A DNA stretch of 64,000 nucleotides, from assembly GCA_964016885.1 (NCBI GenBank), contig OZ024752.1, positions 7,812,001 to 7,876,000 on the forward strand, read 5' to 3'. Each line of letters opens with the position of its first letter. Within the stretch, counting starts at the first letter, position 1. Positions 45,478 to 59,700 of the stretch are shown here, in pieces. The notes under the pieces are model-generated. The model was not told the origin of the DNA. It made no database searches and worked only from the letters and a program-made list of their open reading frames with translations. This DNA is from Eledone cirrhosa. Taxonomy: Eukaryota. The position numbers and the translations under genes are program-made.

Positions 45478-48400
45478 TATATAACACTATACTATATATA
45501 TATATATATATAACACTGTATACTATATATATATAACATTGTATACTATATATATAACACTATACTATATATATAACACTATACTATATATATAACACTA
45601 TACTATATATATATATATAACACTATACTATATATATATATATATATAACACTGTATACTATATATATATATATAACATTGTATACTATATATATATATA
45701 TAACATTGTATACTATATATATAACACTATACTATATATATATATAACACTGTATACTATATATATATAACATTGTATACTATATATATATATATAACAC
45801 TGTATACTATATATATATATATAACACTGTATACTAATATATATAACACTGTATACTAATATATATAACACTGTATACTAATATATATATATATAGTATA
45901 CAGTGTTATATATATATATATAGTATACAATGTTATATATATATATATAGTATACAATGTTATATATATATAGTATACAGTGTTATATATATATATAGTA
46001 TAGTGTTATATATATAGTATACAGTGTTATATATATATATAGTATAGTGTTATATATATAGTATACAGTGTTATATATATATAGTATACAGTGTTATATA
46101 TATATATATAGTATACAGTGTTATATATATATATATAGTATACAGTGCTATATATATATATATAGTATACAGTGTTATATATATATATATAGTATACAGT
46201 GTTATATATATATATATATAGTATACAATGTTATATATATATATATAGTATACAATGTTATATATATATAGTATACAATGTTATATATATATAGTATACA
46301 ATGTTATATATATAGTATACAATGTTATATATATAGTATACAATGTTATATATATAGTATACTAATGTTATATATATATAGTATACAATGTTATATATAT
46401 ATAGTATACAATGTTATATATATATAGTATACAGTGTTATATATATATAGTATACAGTGTTATATATATATAGTATACAGTGTTATATATATATATATAT
46501 ATATAGTATAGTGTTATATAGTATACAGTGTTATATATATATATAGTATACAGTGTTATATATATATATAGTATACAGTGTTATATATATATATATAGTA
46601 TACAGTGTTATATATATATATAGTATACAGTGTTATATATATATATATAGTATACAGTGTTATATATATATATATATAGTATACAGTGTTATATATATAT
46701 AGTATACAGTGTTATATATATATATATAGTATACAGTGTTATATATATATATATAGTATACAGTGTTATATATATATATAGTATACAGTGTTATATATAT
46801 ATATATATAGTATACAGTGTTATATATATATATATAGTATACAGTGTTATATATATATATAGTATACAGTGTTATATATATATATAGTATACAGTGTTAT
46901 ATATATATATAGTATACAGTGTTATATATATATATAGTATACAGTGTTATATATATATATATAGTATACAGTGTTATATATATATATATATAGTATACAG
47001 TGTTATATATATATATATATAGTATACAGTGTTATATATATATATATATAGTATACAGTGTTATATATATATATATATATAGTATACAGTGTTATATATA
47101 TATATATATAGTATACAGTGTTATATATATATATATATATAGTATACAGTGTTATATATATATATATATATAGTATACAGTGTTATATATATATATATAT
47201 ATAGTATACAGTGTTATATATATATATATATATAGTATACAGTGTTATATATATATAGTATACAGTGTTATATATATATATATAGTATACAGTGTTATAT
47301 ATATATATATATAGTATACAGTGTTATATATATATATATATAGTATACAGTGTTATATATATATATATATAGTATACAGTGTTATATATATATATATATA
47401 GTATACAGTGTTATATATATATATATATATAGTATACAGTGTTATATATATATATATATATAGTATACAGTGTTATATATATATATATATAGTATACAGT
47501 GTTATATATATATATATATAGTATACAGTGTTATATATATATATATATAGTATACAATGTTATATATATATAGTATACAGTGTTATATATATATATATAG
47601 TATACAGTGTTATATATATATATATAGTATACAGTGTTATATATATATATATAGTATACAGTGTTATATATATATATATAGTATACAGTGTTATATATAT
47701 ATATATATAGTATACAGTGTTATATATATATATATATAGTATACAGTGTTATATATATATATATATAGTATACAGTGTTATATATATATATATATATAGT
47801 ATACAGTGTTATATATATATATATATATATAGTATACAGTGTTATATATATAACACTGTATACTATATATATAACACTATACATATATAACATTGTATAC
47901 TATATATATATAACATTGTATACTATATATATATAACATTGTATACTATATATATATATATAACACTGTATACTATATATATATATATAACACTGTATAC
48001 TATATATATAACACTGTATACTATATATATAACACTGTATACTATATATATAATAATAATAATAATGAAATTATTGTGTACAGTGCTCAGGTGCACTACA
48101 ACTCATCAAAGGTGCATGTATAGTACATAGAATAATGTACAAATGTCAGGAAAATAAACAGTGTATGAGTCATGATATAATAACAATAACAATAATGAAA
48201 TATTGTGTACAGTGCCCAGGTGCACCACAACTCATCAAAAAAGTGCATGTACAGTACATAGGGCAATGCACAAATATATATAACATTGTATACTATATAT
48301 ATATATATATAACACTATACTATATATATATATAACACTGTATACTATATATATATATAACACTGTATACTATATATATATAACACTATATATATATAAC

Positions 48401-50569
48401 ACTATATACTATATATATCTATAACACTATATACTATATATATATATCTATAACACTATATATATCACTATATACTATATATATCACTATATACTATATA
48501 TATATATATAACACTATATACTATATATATATATAACGCTATATACTATATATAACACTATACTATATACTATATATAACACTATACTATACTATATATA
48601 ACACTATACTATACTATATATATATATAACACTATACTATACTATATATATATATAACACTATATACAATATATATATATATAACACTATATACAATATA
48701 TATATATATAACACTGTATACTATATATATATATAACACTATACTATATATATATATAACACTATACTATATATATATATAGTAACTATATATATATAAC
48801 ACTGTATACTATATATATATATAGTAACTATATATATATATATAACACTGTATACTATATATATATAACACTATACTATATATATATAACACTATATACT
48901 ATATATATATATAACACTATACTATATATATATAACACTATATACTATATATATATATATATAACACTATACTATACTATATATATATATAACACTATAC
49001 TATATATATATATAACACTATACTATATATATATATAACACAACACTATACTATATATATAACACTATATACAATATATATATATATATAAAACACTGTA
49101 TACTATATATATATATAACACTATACTATATATATAGTAACTATATATATAAATATAACACTGTATACTATATATATATATATAACACTGTATACTATAT
49201 ATATATATATAACACTGTATACTATATATAACACTATACTATATATATATAACACTATATACAATATATATATAACACTATACTATATATATATATAACA
49301 CTGTATACTATATATATATATAACACTATACTATATATATATATAACACTATAATATATATATATATAACACTGTATACTATATAAATATATAGTATATA
49401 TACACAAGGTGTCCCTCCAAAAACGTATACACACTTCAACATCATTCTAATAAATATCGCTTGTAGAGGTAATCAAACTGTATAGATTTTTTGGACACCG
49501 TGTTTGTGTGTGTATATATATATATATAAAACAGTGTATACAGTAAATATATATATAATATAGTATATACAGTAACTATATATATATATATAATATATAT
49601 AGTAACTATATATATAATATATAATATATATAGTAACTATATATATAATATATACAGTAACTATATATATAATATATACAGTAACTATATATATAATATA
49701 TACAGTAACTATATATATAATATATACAGTAACTATATATATAATATATATAGTAACTATATATATAATATATATATAATATATATAGTAACTATATATA
49801 TACTATATATATATATATATATAATATATACAGTAACTATATATAGTAACTATATATATACAGTAACTGTATATATATATACAGTAACTGTATATATATA
49901 TACAGTTATTGTATATATATATATGTATATATACAGTTACTGTATATATATATAGTTACTGTATATATATATATACAGTTACTGTATATATATATATAGT
50001 TACTGTATATATATATAGTTACTGTATATATATATAGTTACTGTATATATATATAGTTACTGTATATATATATATAGTTACTGTATATATATATATAGTT
50101 ACTGTATATATATATATAGTTACTGTATATATATATAGTTACTATATATATATACAGTTACTGTATATATATATACAGTTACTGTATATATATATACAGT
50201 AACTATATATATATATATACAGTAACTATATATATATATATATACAGTAACTATATATATATATACAGTAACTATATATATATATACAGTAACTATATAT
50301 ATATATACAGTAACTATATATATATATACAGTAACTGTATATATATATATATATATATATAGTAACTATATATATATACAGTAACTGTATATATATATAT
50401 ACAGTAACTATGTATATAATATATATACAGTAACTATATATATATATATATACAGTAACTATATATATATATATATAGTAACTATATATATATATATATA
50501 GTAACTATATATATATACAGTAACTATATATATATATATACAGTAACTATGTATATAATATATATACAG

Positions 50570-50608
<39 letters not shown>

Positions 50609-51485
50609 ACTATATATATATACAGTAACTATATATATATATATACAGTAACTATATATATATATATACAGTAACTATATATATATATATACAGTAACTA
50701 TATATATAATATACAGTAACTATATATATATATAGTTACAGTAACTATATATATATATATACATATATATATACACAGTAACTATATATATATATATATA
50801 TATACAGTAACTATATATATATATATATATATATAGTATATACAGTAACTATATATATACTGTATATATATATAGTATATACAGTAACTATATATATACT
50901 ATATATATATATATATAGTATATACAGTAACTATATATATACTGTATATATATATAATATATATACAGTATATATATATAATATATATACAGTAACTATA
51001 TATATACAGTAACTATATATATACTGTATATATATATAATATATATACTGTATATATATATAATATATATACAGTATATATATATATAATATATATACAG
51101 TATATATATATAATATATATACAGTAACTATATATATACAGTAACTATATATATACTGTATATATATATAATATATATACTGTATATATATATAATATAT
51201 ATACAGTATATATATATAATATATACAGTAACTATATATACTGTATATATATATAATATATACAGTAACTATATATATACTGTATATATATATAATATAT
51301 ATACAGTAACTATATATATACTGTCTATATATATAGTATATACAGTAACTATATATATACTGTATATATATATAATATATATACAGTAACTATATATATA
51401 TACTGTCTATATATATAGTATATACAGTAACTATATATATACTGTATATATATATAATATATATACAGTAACTATATAATATAGT
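45478..51485. repeat. TA-spaced satellites with orientation switches
   Basis: taacactgtatacta / tagtatacagtgtta blocks, then cagtaacta / tagttactg blocks. Confidence 0.95.
48050..48272 (-). mobile_element. Two tandem CR1 3'-UTR tails
   Basis: Reverse complement of gagttgtagtgcacctgagcact...aatttcattatt, present twice. Confidence 0.8.
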
Positions 51486-51622
51486 GTACATAGATGATGT
51501 AACCTGGTGTAATAAAGTTTATTTACCTTAGTTTTTCAGTGTTATTCTGTTATTTCAGTCATTAGATTGTGGCCATGCTGGGGCACCACCTTCATATTGA
51601 TCATGTGGGGAACACCCTAACC

Positions 51623-51915
51623 CAGATGTTCTTAAACGTTTACAGCCACGTAATACCCTCAGCCCCACCCCACACACAAATAATATATAATAAATATAAT
51701 CGTTAATTTATATATAATAAATAATATATAAACTATGTATAAATAAATATTATATATTTTTTATTTAACTATATTTATATATATGTATTATTTGATATTT
51801 AGTATAGTATTATATCATCTCTACCACCCCCATCACTACCCCTTAGGCCCCAGTGCTATCCTGGACCTTTTCACCCCCACCCCGGGAGCAGTAGGGCCCA
51901 CTTTCACAACTTCTG
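51623..51915. mobile_element. Non-autonomous hAT element
   Basis: 8-bp TSD CCCTAACC; TIRs CAGATGTTCTTAAA / TTTCACAACTTCTG. Confidence 0.7.
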
Positions 51916-51977
51916 CCCTAACCACTAAGCCATGCAACTTCACAATACAACTGAGAATGTGTGTTATAAATAACATG

Positions 51978-53185
51978 AATCATCATCATCATCATTACCA
52001 TATTACGTCCGTTCTTCCATGCTAGCATGGGTTAGACAGGTTGTCCTGTTGTGGGCAGTGTCTGGTCGGCTGACCATGTCTTGCTCATACAGGAACTGAT
52101 TCTGGCTTGATTTCTACAGCTGGATGTCCTTCCTAACACCAACCTCATTTACAGTGAGTGCTGGGTGCTTTTTCCGTGGCGCCTACACGTCCACTTTACA
52201 GTGTGGGCTGGGTGCTTTTTTGCCGTGGGGGCATATTGTCTATATGCTTCAGCTTGTACCCATGGGAGGTTGGGTACTCTGTATTACTGCGTGACGCCAG
52301 AGGTCACGGTCGTGTGTCATTGCCTTTGAGAGGTGTAATTGGGTAAGGTCATCTTGGGTTTCCCCACTCTGCAGTTTCCATCGACTTCTAGTGCTCTGCA
52401 CCTTTTTATGCAGCTGTCATCCTTCATACGCATCACATGTCCATACCAGCGCAATCGCCTCTCCTGCACACAGCATTTAATTCCTCTTATGCTCACTCTC
52501 TCTCTCTCAATTCATTTATGCTTTGTCGTTCGCGTATATTACTGTTACACATCCATCGGAGCATGCAGGCTTCATTTCTCTCTAATCTACGTAAGTCTTC
52601 CACCTTCAGCGCCTAGGTCTCACTACCATGTAACACTGCCGTTCGGATACACGCATCATACAGTCTGCCTTTCATTTTGAGAGAGAAGCCTTTTGCAGCT
52701 AGCAGTGGCAGTAGTTCCCTGAACTTCTTCCATCCCGTTCTTACCCTAGTTATTGTACTCTCTGAACACCCACCTCCGCTGCTAATTTGGTCACCTAGGT
52801 AGCAGAAGCTGTCTACTGTTTCTACAGAGCCCTCCCAGAGATTGGTGGTACTTGTTTCCTGTGGCTGTTTGCTGCTTGCTGTCCCAGCACAGCTGCTGCA
52901 TGTGAAGCCTACATTCTTAATTAAGCTTCCTGAGATCCCGCTACATCTCTTGTGTACCCATTGTTTGCATTTGGGGCAGAGAATGGAGTTCCTACCTACA
53001 CCTTTCCTACATACTGAGCAAGGCCATTTCCCTGAGGGGATCTGGGTTCTGTTTTCTCGTCTACTTACAAGGATTCAGCTATAATTGCGAGGTTATCATC
53101 ATACAGTAGTTCCCATGGGCATCCGGTCTTAAACTCCTCCGTTATTGCCTGCAGGACTATGATGAACAGGAGAGGGCTAAGAACA
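51978..53185 (-). mobile_element. RTE LINE fragment, internally deleted
   Basis: The - strand reads SPLLFIIVLQAITEEFKTGCPWELLY, continues into the same C-terminal region as 36021-36746, and ends in a (GAT)n tail. Confidence 0.88.
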
Positions 53186-53316
53186 GTTGGTTTTATCAAT
53201 TTATCCACAATAAAAACAACACTTGTATACAAAAATTAGGCAGAAGCAAAGAAGAGAAATTTAAAAAAAAACAGGATCTTGTAATCCTTCGAATGTTTTT
53301 GTGAGATATTGGCAGG

Positions 53317-53417
53317 TTATTTTTCCATGTGACTTGTTAAATTTAATTTAAACGTTATTGATGTTGGTGTTGTCTGGTCAGCAACATAGATTTCCTGACC
53401 GTTGCTTAAACCAAGTT
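53317..53417 (-). CDS. UBA3: UBA3 last coding exon
   Basis: ELGLSNGQEIYVADQTTPTSITFKLNLTSHMEK* matches ELGL.DGQE..VAD.TTP...FKL; TAA at 53319-53317. Confidence 0.95.
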
Positions 53418-53504
53418 CTACAACAAAAAACAAAAACATTTGTAAAATAGGGATTTTTTATGCAGACATACAGATTAACCCCTTTTTATGTAGACATACA
53501 GCCT

Positions 53505-53665
53505 GAACCCTTTAACATTTACATTACTCTATAATTATTATTATATTTTACCTCACATAATATCGAATCTACAAGATTTTGATGTTATTAATTTTGAGAA
53601 CAATACCTTAACTTAAGTATGAGTGGCCAGTTACAGCTGGTTTGAACAGAAAGAGGTGATAAAAG
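53505..53665 (-). mobile_element. Partial piggyBac-like MITE
   Basis: Reverse complement of the MITE body. Confidence 0.65.
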
Positions 53666-53742
53666 GTGATATATATACATACATATATATATACATATAC
53701 ATACATATACATATACATATATATACATATACATATATATAC

Positions 53743-53773
<31 letters not shown>

Positions 53774-54126
53774 CACATATATATATATACACATATATAT
53801 ATATCATTCCACTGTAAAGTGGACATGGAGGTGCCACGGCAAAAAAGCACCCAGCACTCACTGTAAATGAGGTTGGTGTTAGGAAAGGCATCCAGCTGTA
53901 GAAATCAAGCCAGAATCAGTTCCCGTCCCACCCTGGCAAGCAGAAAGAGGCGGACATAAAATGATGATGATGATATATAGATATATTTGGCAGTCATCAA
54001 CCAAATTACTCAGACAAGACCTCAGTCAGCTCAAAGCTACAGTAGAAGACATAGAACAAAGTCAACTCCTGATCCACACAACCATGCCACTCCCTATGTC
54101 TAGAATTTACAATAAACAAATAATAC

Positions 54127-54245
54127 CTTTTAGAGTTTTCTTCAAATTATCTCGTGTCTTCACTTCAATTGATTTTACAGATTTCATGTAGAGGGTTTTA
54201 GTTTTTCCTTCAATCATTGTCGTAATACCAGGAGACTTCATTTGA
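54127..54245 (-). CDS. UBA3: UBA3 exon (E2-binding UFD)
   Basis: [40 protein letters not shown]; ctgcag acceptor, G|gtatta donor. Confidence 0.95.
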
Positions 54246-54781
54246 CTGCAGAAAAAATAAACATTTTTACGTTAATATTTTTAAAAACTGGAGTGTTACC
54301 CACCATATAAACATTTCCACAGTTATATTTAAAAAACTAGTGTTACCCACCATATGATGGATGATTTTGGAAGTATACATTTGTAACAGTGTTGTCTAGC
54401 ATTCTATCAATGAATACACTAAACTATCTTTATACATGTCTGTACCAGTTCAGTCTTCTCTCCTGCACACATCTGACTCTTACACCTAGTTTTTCTCTCA
54501 TCTATATTGTCATTCATGTACACTAACATTACACATCCAACAGACCAAGCTCTCTTTATTTCTCTCCATCCTTTCTATATTCTCCACAATCATTGCCCAT
54601 GTTTCTCTACCATACAACATCTCATGATCAAAGCCCAACAGAAATCTGCAGAGGTCAACTAGAGAGGGGTTCCCTCAACAGGAGAAGGCCCTCCATTGGA
54701 TTATATTCAAGCACCAACCAGACAGGGGTTCCCCCAACAGGAGAAGGCCCTCAAGTGGGTTATATTCAACCATTAACTTAC

Positions 54782-54882
54782 TATGATGCACTTTCTATAA
54801 GGTAGTCATAAACTTCTCGTAGTTTGCTGTCTTCAGCAAAGGTGAGAGTCTGTGGAATTTGGCTGCAAGCAAGACAATCTTC
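54782..54882 (-). CDS. UBA3: UBA3 exon (Zn-binding CxxC, start of UFD)
   Basis: EDCLACSQIPQTLTFAEDSKLREVYDYLIESAS; ttttcag acceptor, gtaagt donor. Confidence 0.95.
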
Positions 54883-55311
54883 CTGAAAATAAAAAAAGAT
54901 CAATATTATTCAAACAATACATCTAACAAGTTTCCCCACCCCGTTGCAGCTACAAAATATATATTTTCATGACCACTTTGCAGTGGACGGATGGGGGGGG
55001 GGGGGTATATTGTTTATATGCTTCATCTTCGGTTTGTACCCGGGGGGTGGGGGGTGGGGGATAAAATATAGTAATAGTAAATGTGAAGACTAGCATGGGT
55101 TGGACTGGTTTGTGTAGGATGGGTTGGACTAGGTTTAATTCTATATTTACCAGATGAGACGACCCCCACAAGGCAGTGCCATCTCCACAGCCCTAGAAGC
55201 ACTTACCATTCTTTATTTGTTCAAAATATAAAACATGGAAATAAACACTAAACACTTCAGTCGCAAGTGAGTTGTAACTCACTGAGTAAACCAGCCTCTC
55301 CTAACCTTAAT

Positions 55312-55942
55312 AAACCTGTCCAACCCATGCTAGACAAACCAGTCTAATCCATGCTAGACAAACCTGTCCAACCCATGCTAGACAAACCAGTCCAACCCAT
55401 CCTAGACAAACCAGTCCAACCCATGCTAGACAAACCTGTCCAACCCATGCTAGACAAACCTGTCCAACCCATGCTAGACAAACCAGTCCAACCCATCCTA
55501 GACAAACCTGTCCAACCCATCCTAGACAAACCAGTCCAACCCATCCTAGACAAACCAGTCCAACCCATCCTAGACAAACCAGTCCAACCCATCCTAGACA
55601 AACCTGTCCAACCCATGCTAGACAAACCTGTCCAACCCATCCTAGACAAACCTGTCCAACCCATGCTAGACAAACCTGTCCAACCCCTGCTAGACAAACC
55701 TGTCCAACCCATCCTAGACAAACCAGTCCAACCCATGCTAGACAAACCTGTCCAACCCATGCTAGACAAACCTGTCCAACCCCTGCTAGACAAACCTGTC
55801 CAACCCATCCAACCCATGCTAGACAAACCTGTCCAACCCATCCTAGACAAACCAGTCCAACCCATGCTAGACAAACCAGTCCAACCCATCCTAGACAAAC
55901 CTGTCCAACCCATGCTAGACAAACCTGTCCAACCCATGCTAG
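55312..55942. repeat. 24-bp minisatellite
   Basis: (atgctagacaaacctgtccaaccc)n, about 26 copies. Confidence 0.95.
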
Positions 55943-56038
55943 CGAGGAAGAATGGACATAAAACGGTGCTGATGAAACACATAAATAGAGTTTATGTCAA
56001 GAGAAATGTCAGGAATCTGTTAATATAAAAGAACAAAC

Positions 56039-56120
56039 CTTTTTCTCCGCTTCAAATGCATAAGTGTAGACCCCGTCAGTGTCTGTGAAGTTGACGTAGT
56101 TATTTAATGGCATACAACAA
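56039..56120 (-). CDS. UBA3: UBA3 exon
   Basis: CCMPLNNYVNFTDTDGVYTYAFEAEKK matches PLNNY..F.D.DG.YTY.FEAE; ttccag acceptor, AAG|gtttgt donor. Confidence 0.95.
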
Positions 56121-56197
56121 CTGGAACAAGACAATGGTCAGATATTAGATTGGGGGCAACAGATATATTATGACTGGGGTCTACTGTAGATAATAGA

Positions 56198-56693
56198 TGG
56201 TGGTGGTGGTGGCTGGAGTGGTTGTGGTGATGGTGGTTGGAGTGGTGGTGTGGTTGTGGTGATGGTGGTGTGGTTGTGGTGATGGTGGTTGGAGTGGTGG
56301 TAGTGGTGGTGGTGTGGTTGTGATGATGGTGGTTGGAGTGGTAGTGGTGGTGGTGATGGTGGTTGGAGTGGTAGTGGTGGTGGTGATAGTGGTGGTGGTG
56401 TGGTTGTGGTGATGGTGGTTGGAGTGGTAGTGGTGGTGGTGATAGTGGTGTGGTGGTGGTGTAGTTGTGGTGATGGTGGTTGGAGTGGTAGTGGTGGTGG
56501 TGGTGGTAGTGGTGGTGTGGTAGTGGTGGTGATGGTGGTGTGGTGGTGGTGGTAGTGGTGGTGGTGATAGTGGTGGTGTGGTGGTGAGGTGGTGGTGGTA
56601 GTGGTGGTGTGGTGGTGATAGTGGTGGTGCGGTGGTGAGGTGGTGGTGGTGGTGTGGTGGTGATAGTGGTGGTGTGGTGGTGGTGGTAGTGGT
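56198..56693. repeat. (GGT)n degenerate microsatellite
   Basis: Direct reading. Confidence 0.95.
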
Positions 56694-56716
56694 AATAAAT
56701 ATAACTTTCAACTAAC

Positions 56717-56753
56717 CTTGTTGTAATTTTCAACACCTCTGTAGCACATGCAG
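56717..56753 (-). CDS. UBA3: UBA3 exon (37 nt)
   Basis: AACATEVLKITTS; gtttcag acceptor, AG|gttagt donor; phases fit. Confidence 0.93.
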
Positions 56754-56775
56754 CTGAAACAACAACAGAGAAGTG

Positions 56776-59700
56776 GTTAGTGTTAAGGTTAGTATAACAA
56801 TAGTAAAGGTAGTTAGTGTTAAGGTTAGTATAACAATAGTAAAGGTAGTTAGTGTTAAGGTTAGTATAACAGTAGAGGTAGTTAGTGTTAAGGTTAGTAT
56901 AACAATAGTAAAGGTAGTTAGTGTTAAGGTTAGTATAACAGTAGAGGTAGTTAGTGTTAAGGTTAATATAACAACAGTAGAGGTAGTTAGTGTTAAGGTT
57001 AGTATAACAATAGTAAAGGTAGTTAGTGTTAAGGTTAGTATAACAATAGTAAAGGTAGTTAGTGTTAAGGTTAGTAAAACAATAGTAAAGGTAGTTAGTG
57101 TTAAGGTTAGTATAACAATAGTAAAGGTAGTTAGTGTTAAGGTTAGTATAACAGTAGAGGTAGTTAGTGTTAAGGTTAGTATAACAACAGTAGAGGTAGT
57201 TAGTGTTAAGGTTAGTATAACAGTAGAGGTAGTTAGTGTTAAGGTTAGTATAACAACAGTAGAGGTAGTTAGTGTTAAGGTTAGTATAACAATAGTAAAG
57301 GTAGTTAGTGTTAAGGTTAGTATAACAATAGTAAAGGTAGTTAGTGTTAAGGTTAGTATAACAATAGTAAAGGTAGTTAGTGTTAAGGTTAGTATAACAA
57401 TAGTAAAGGTAGTTAGTGTTAAGGTTAATATAACAACAGTAGAGGTAGTTAGTGTTAAGGTTAGTATAACAATAGTAAAGGTAGTTAGTGTTAAGGTTAG
57501 TATAACAACAGTAGAGGTAGTTAGTGTTAAGGTTAGTATAACAGTAGAGGTAGTTAGTGTTAAGGTTAATATAACAACAGTAGAGGTAGTTAGTGTTAAG
57601 GTTAGTATAACAATAGTAGAGGTAGTTAGTGTTAAGGTTAGTATAACAGTAGAGGTAGTTAGTGTTAAGGTTAATATAACAACAGTAGAGGTAGTTAGTG
57701 TTAAGGTTAGTATAACAATAGTAAAGGTAGTTAGTGTTAAGGTTAGTATAACAGTAGAGGTAGTTAGTGTTAAGGTTAGTATAACAACAGTAGATGTAGT
57801 TAATGTTAAGGTTAGTATAACAATAGTAGAGGTAGTTAGTGTTAAGGTTAATATAACAACAGTAGAGGTAGTTAGTGTTAAGGTTAGTATAACAATAGTA
57901 AAGGTAGTTAGTGTTAAGGTTAATATAACAACAGTAGAGGTAGTTAGTGTTAAGGTTAGTATAACAGTAGAGGTAGTTAGTGTTAAGGTTAGTATAACAG
58001 TAGAGGTAGTTAGTGTTAAGGTTAGTATAACAATAGTAAAGGTAGTTAGTGTTAAGGTTAGTATAACAATAGTAAAGGTAGTTAGTGTTAAGGTTAGTAT
58101 AACAATAGTAAAGGTAGTTAGTGTTAAGGTTAATATAACAACAGTAGAGGTAGTTAGTGTTAAGGTTAGTATAACAATAGTAAAGGTAGTTAGTGTTAAG
58201 GTTAGTATAACAATAGTAAAGGTAGTTAGTGTTAAGGTTAATATAACAACAGTAGAGGTAGTTAGTGTTAAGGTTAGTATAACAACAGTAGATGTAGTTA
58301 GTGTTAAGGTTAATATAACAATAGTAAAGGTAGTTAGTGTTAAGGTTAATATAACAACAGTAGAGGTAGTTAGTGTTAAGGTTAGTATAACAATAGTAAA
58401 GGTAGTTAGTGTTAAGGTTAGTATAACAACAGTAGATGTAGTTAATGTTAAGGTTAGTATAACAATAGTAGAGGTAGTTAGTGTTAAGGTTAGTATAACA
58501 ACAGTAGAGGTAGTTAGTGTTAAGGTTAGTATAACAGTAGAGGTAGTTAGTGTTAAGGTTAATATAACAACAATAGATGTAGTTAGTGTTAAGGTTAATA
58601 TAACAACAGTAGAGGTAGTTAGTGTTAAGGTTAATATAACAACAGTAGAGGTAGTTAGTGTTAAGGTTAGTATAACAGTAGAGGTAGTTAGTGTTAAGGT
58701 TAATATAACAACAATAGATGTAGTTAGTGTTAAGGTTAGTATAACAACAGTAGAGGTAGTTAGTGTTAAGGTTAATATAACAACAATAGATGTAGTTAGT
58801 GTTAAGGTTAATATAACAACAGTAGAGGTAGTTAGTGTTAAGGTTAATATAACAACAGTAGAGGTAGTTAGTGTTAAGGTTAGTATAACAGTAGAGGTAG
58901 TTAGTGTTAAGGTTAGTATAACAACAGTAGTGGTAGTTAGTGTTAAGGTTAGTATAACAATAGTAGATGTAGTTAGTGTTAAGGTTAGTATAACAGTAGA
59001 GGTAGTTAGTGTTAAGGTTAATATAACAACAGTAGAGGTAGTTAGTGTTAAGGTTAGTATAACAATAGTAAAGGTAGTTAGTGTTAAGGTTAGTATAACA
59101 ATAGTAAAGGTAGTTAGTGTTAAGGTTAGTAAAACAATAGTAAAGGTAGTTAGTGTTAAGGTTAGTATAACAATAGTAAAGGTAGTTAGTGTTAAGGTTA
59201 GTATAACAGTAGAGGTAGTTAGTGTTAAGGTTAGTATAACAACAGTAGAGGTAGTTAGTGTTAAGGTTAGTATAACAGTAGAGGTAGTTAGTGTTAAGGT
59301 TAGTATAACAACAGTAGAGGTAGTTAGTGTTAAGGTTAGTATAACAATAGTAAAGGTAGTTAGTGTTAAGGTTAGTATAACAACAGTAGAGGTAGTTAGT
59401 GTTAAGGTTAGTATAACAATAGTAAAGGTAGTTAGTGTTAAGGTTAGTATAACAATAGTAAAGGTAGTTAGTGTTAAGGTTAGTATAACAATAGTAAAGG
59501 TAGTTAGTGTTAAGGTTAGTATAACAACAGTAGAGGTAGTTAGTGTTAAGGTTAGTATAACAATAGTAAAGGTAGTTAGTGTTAAGGTTAGTATAACAAC
59601 AGTAGAGGTAGTTAGTGTTAAGGTTAGTATAACAGTAGAGGTAGTTAGTGTTAAGGTTAATATAACAACAGTAGAGGTAGTTAGTGTTAAGGTTAGTATA

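Noticed and set aside
55344-56028. (MLDKPVQP)n / (MGWTGLSS)n ORFs
   Set aside because: 24-bp repeat derived from a retroelement tail.
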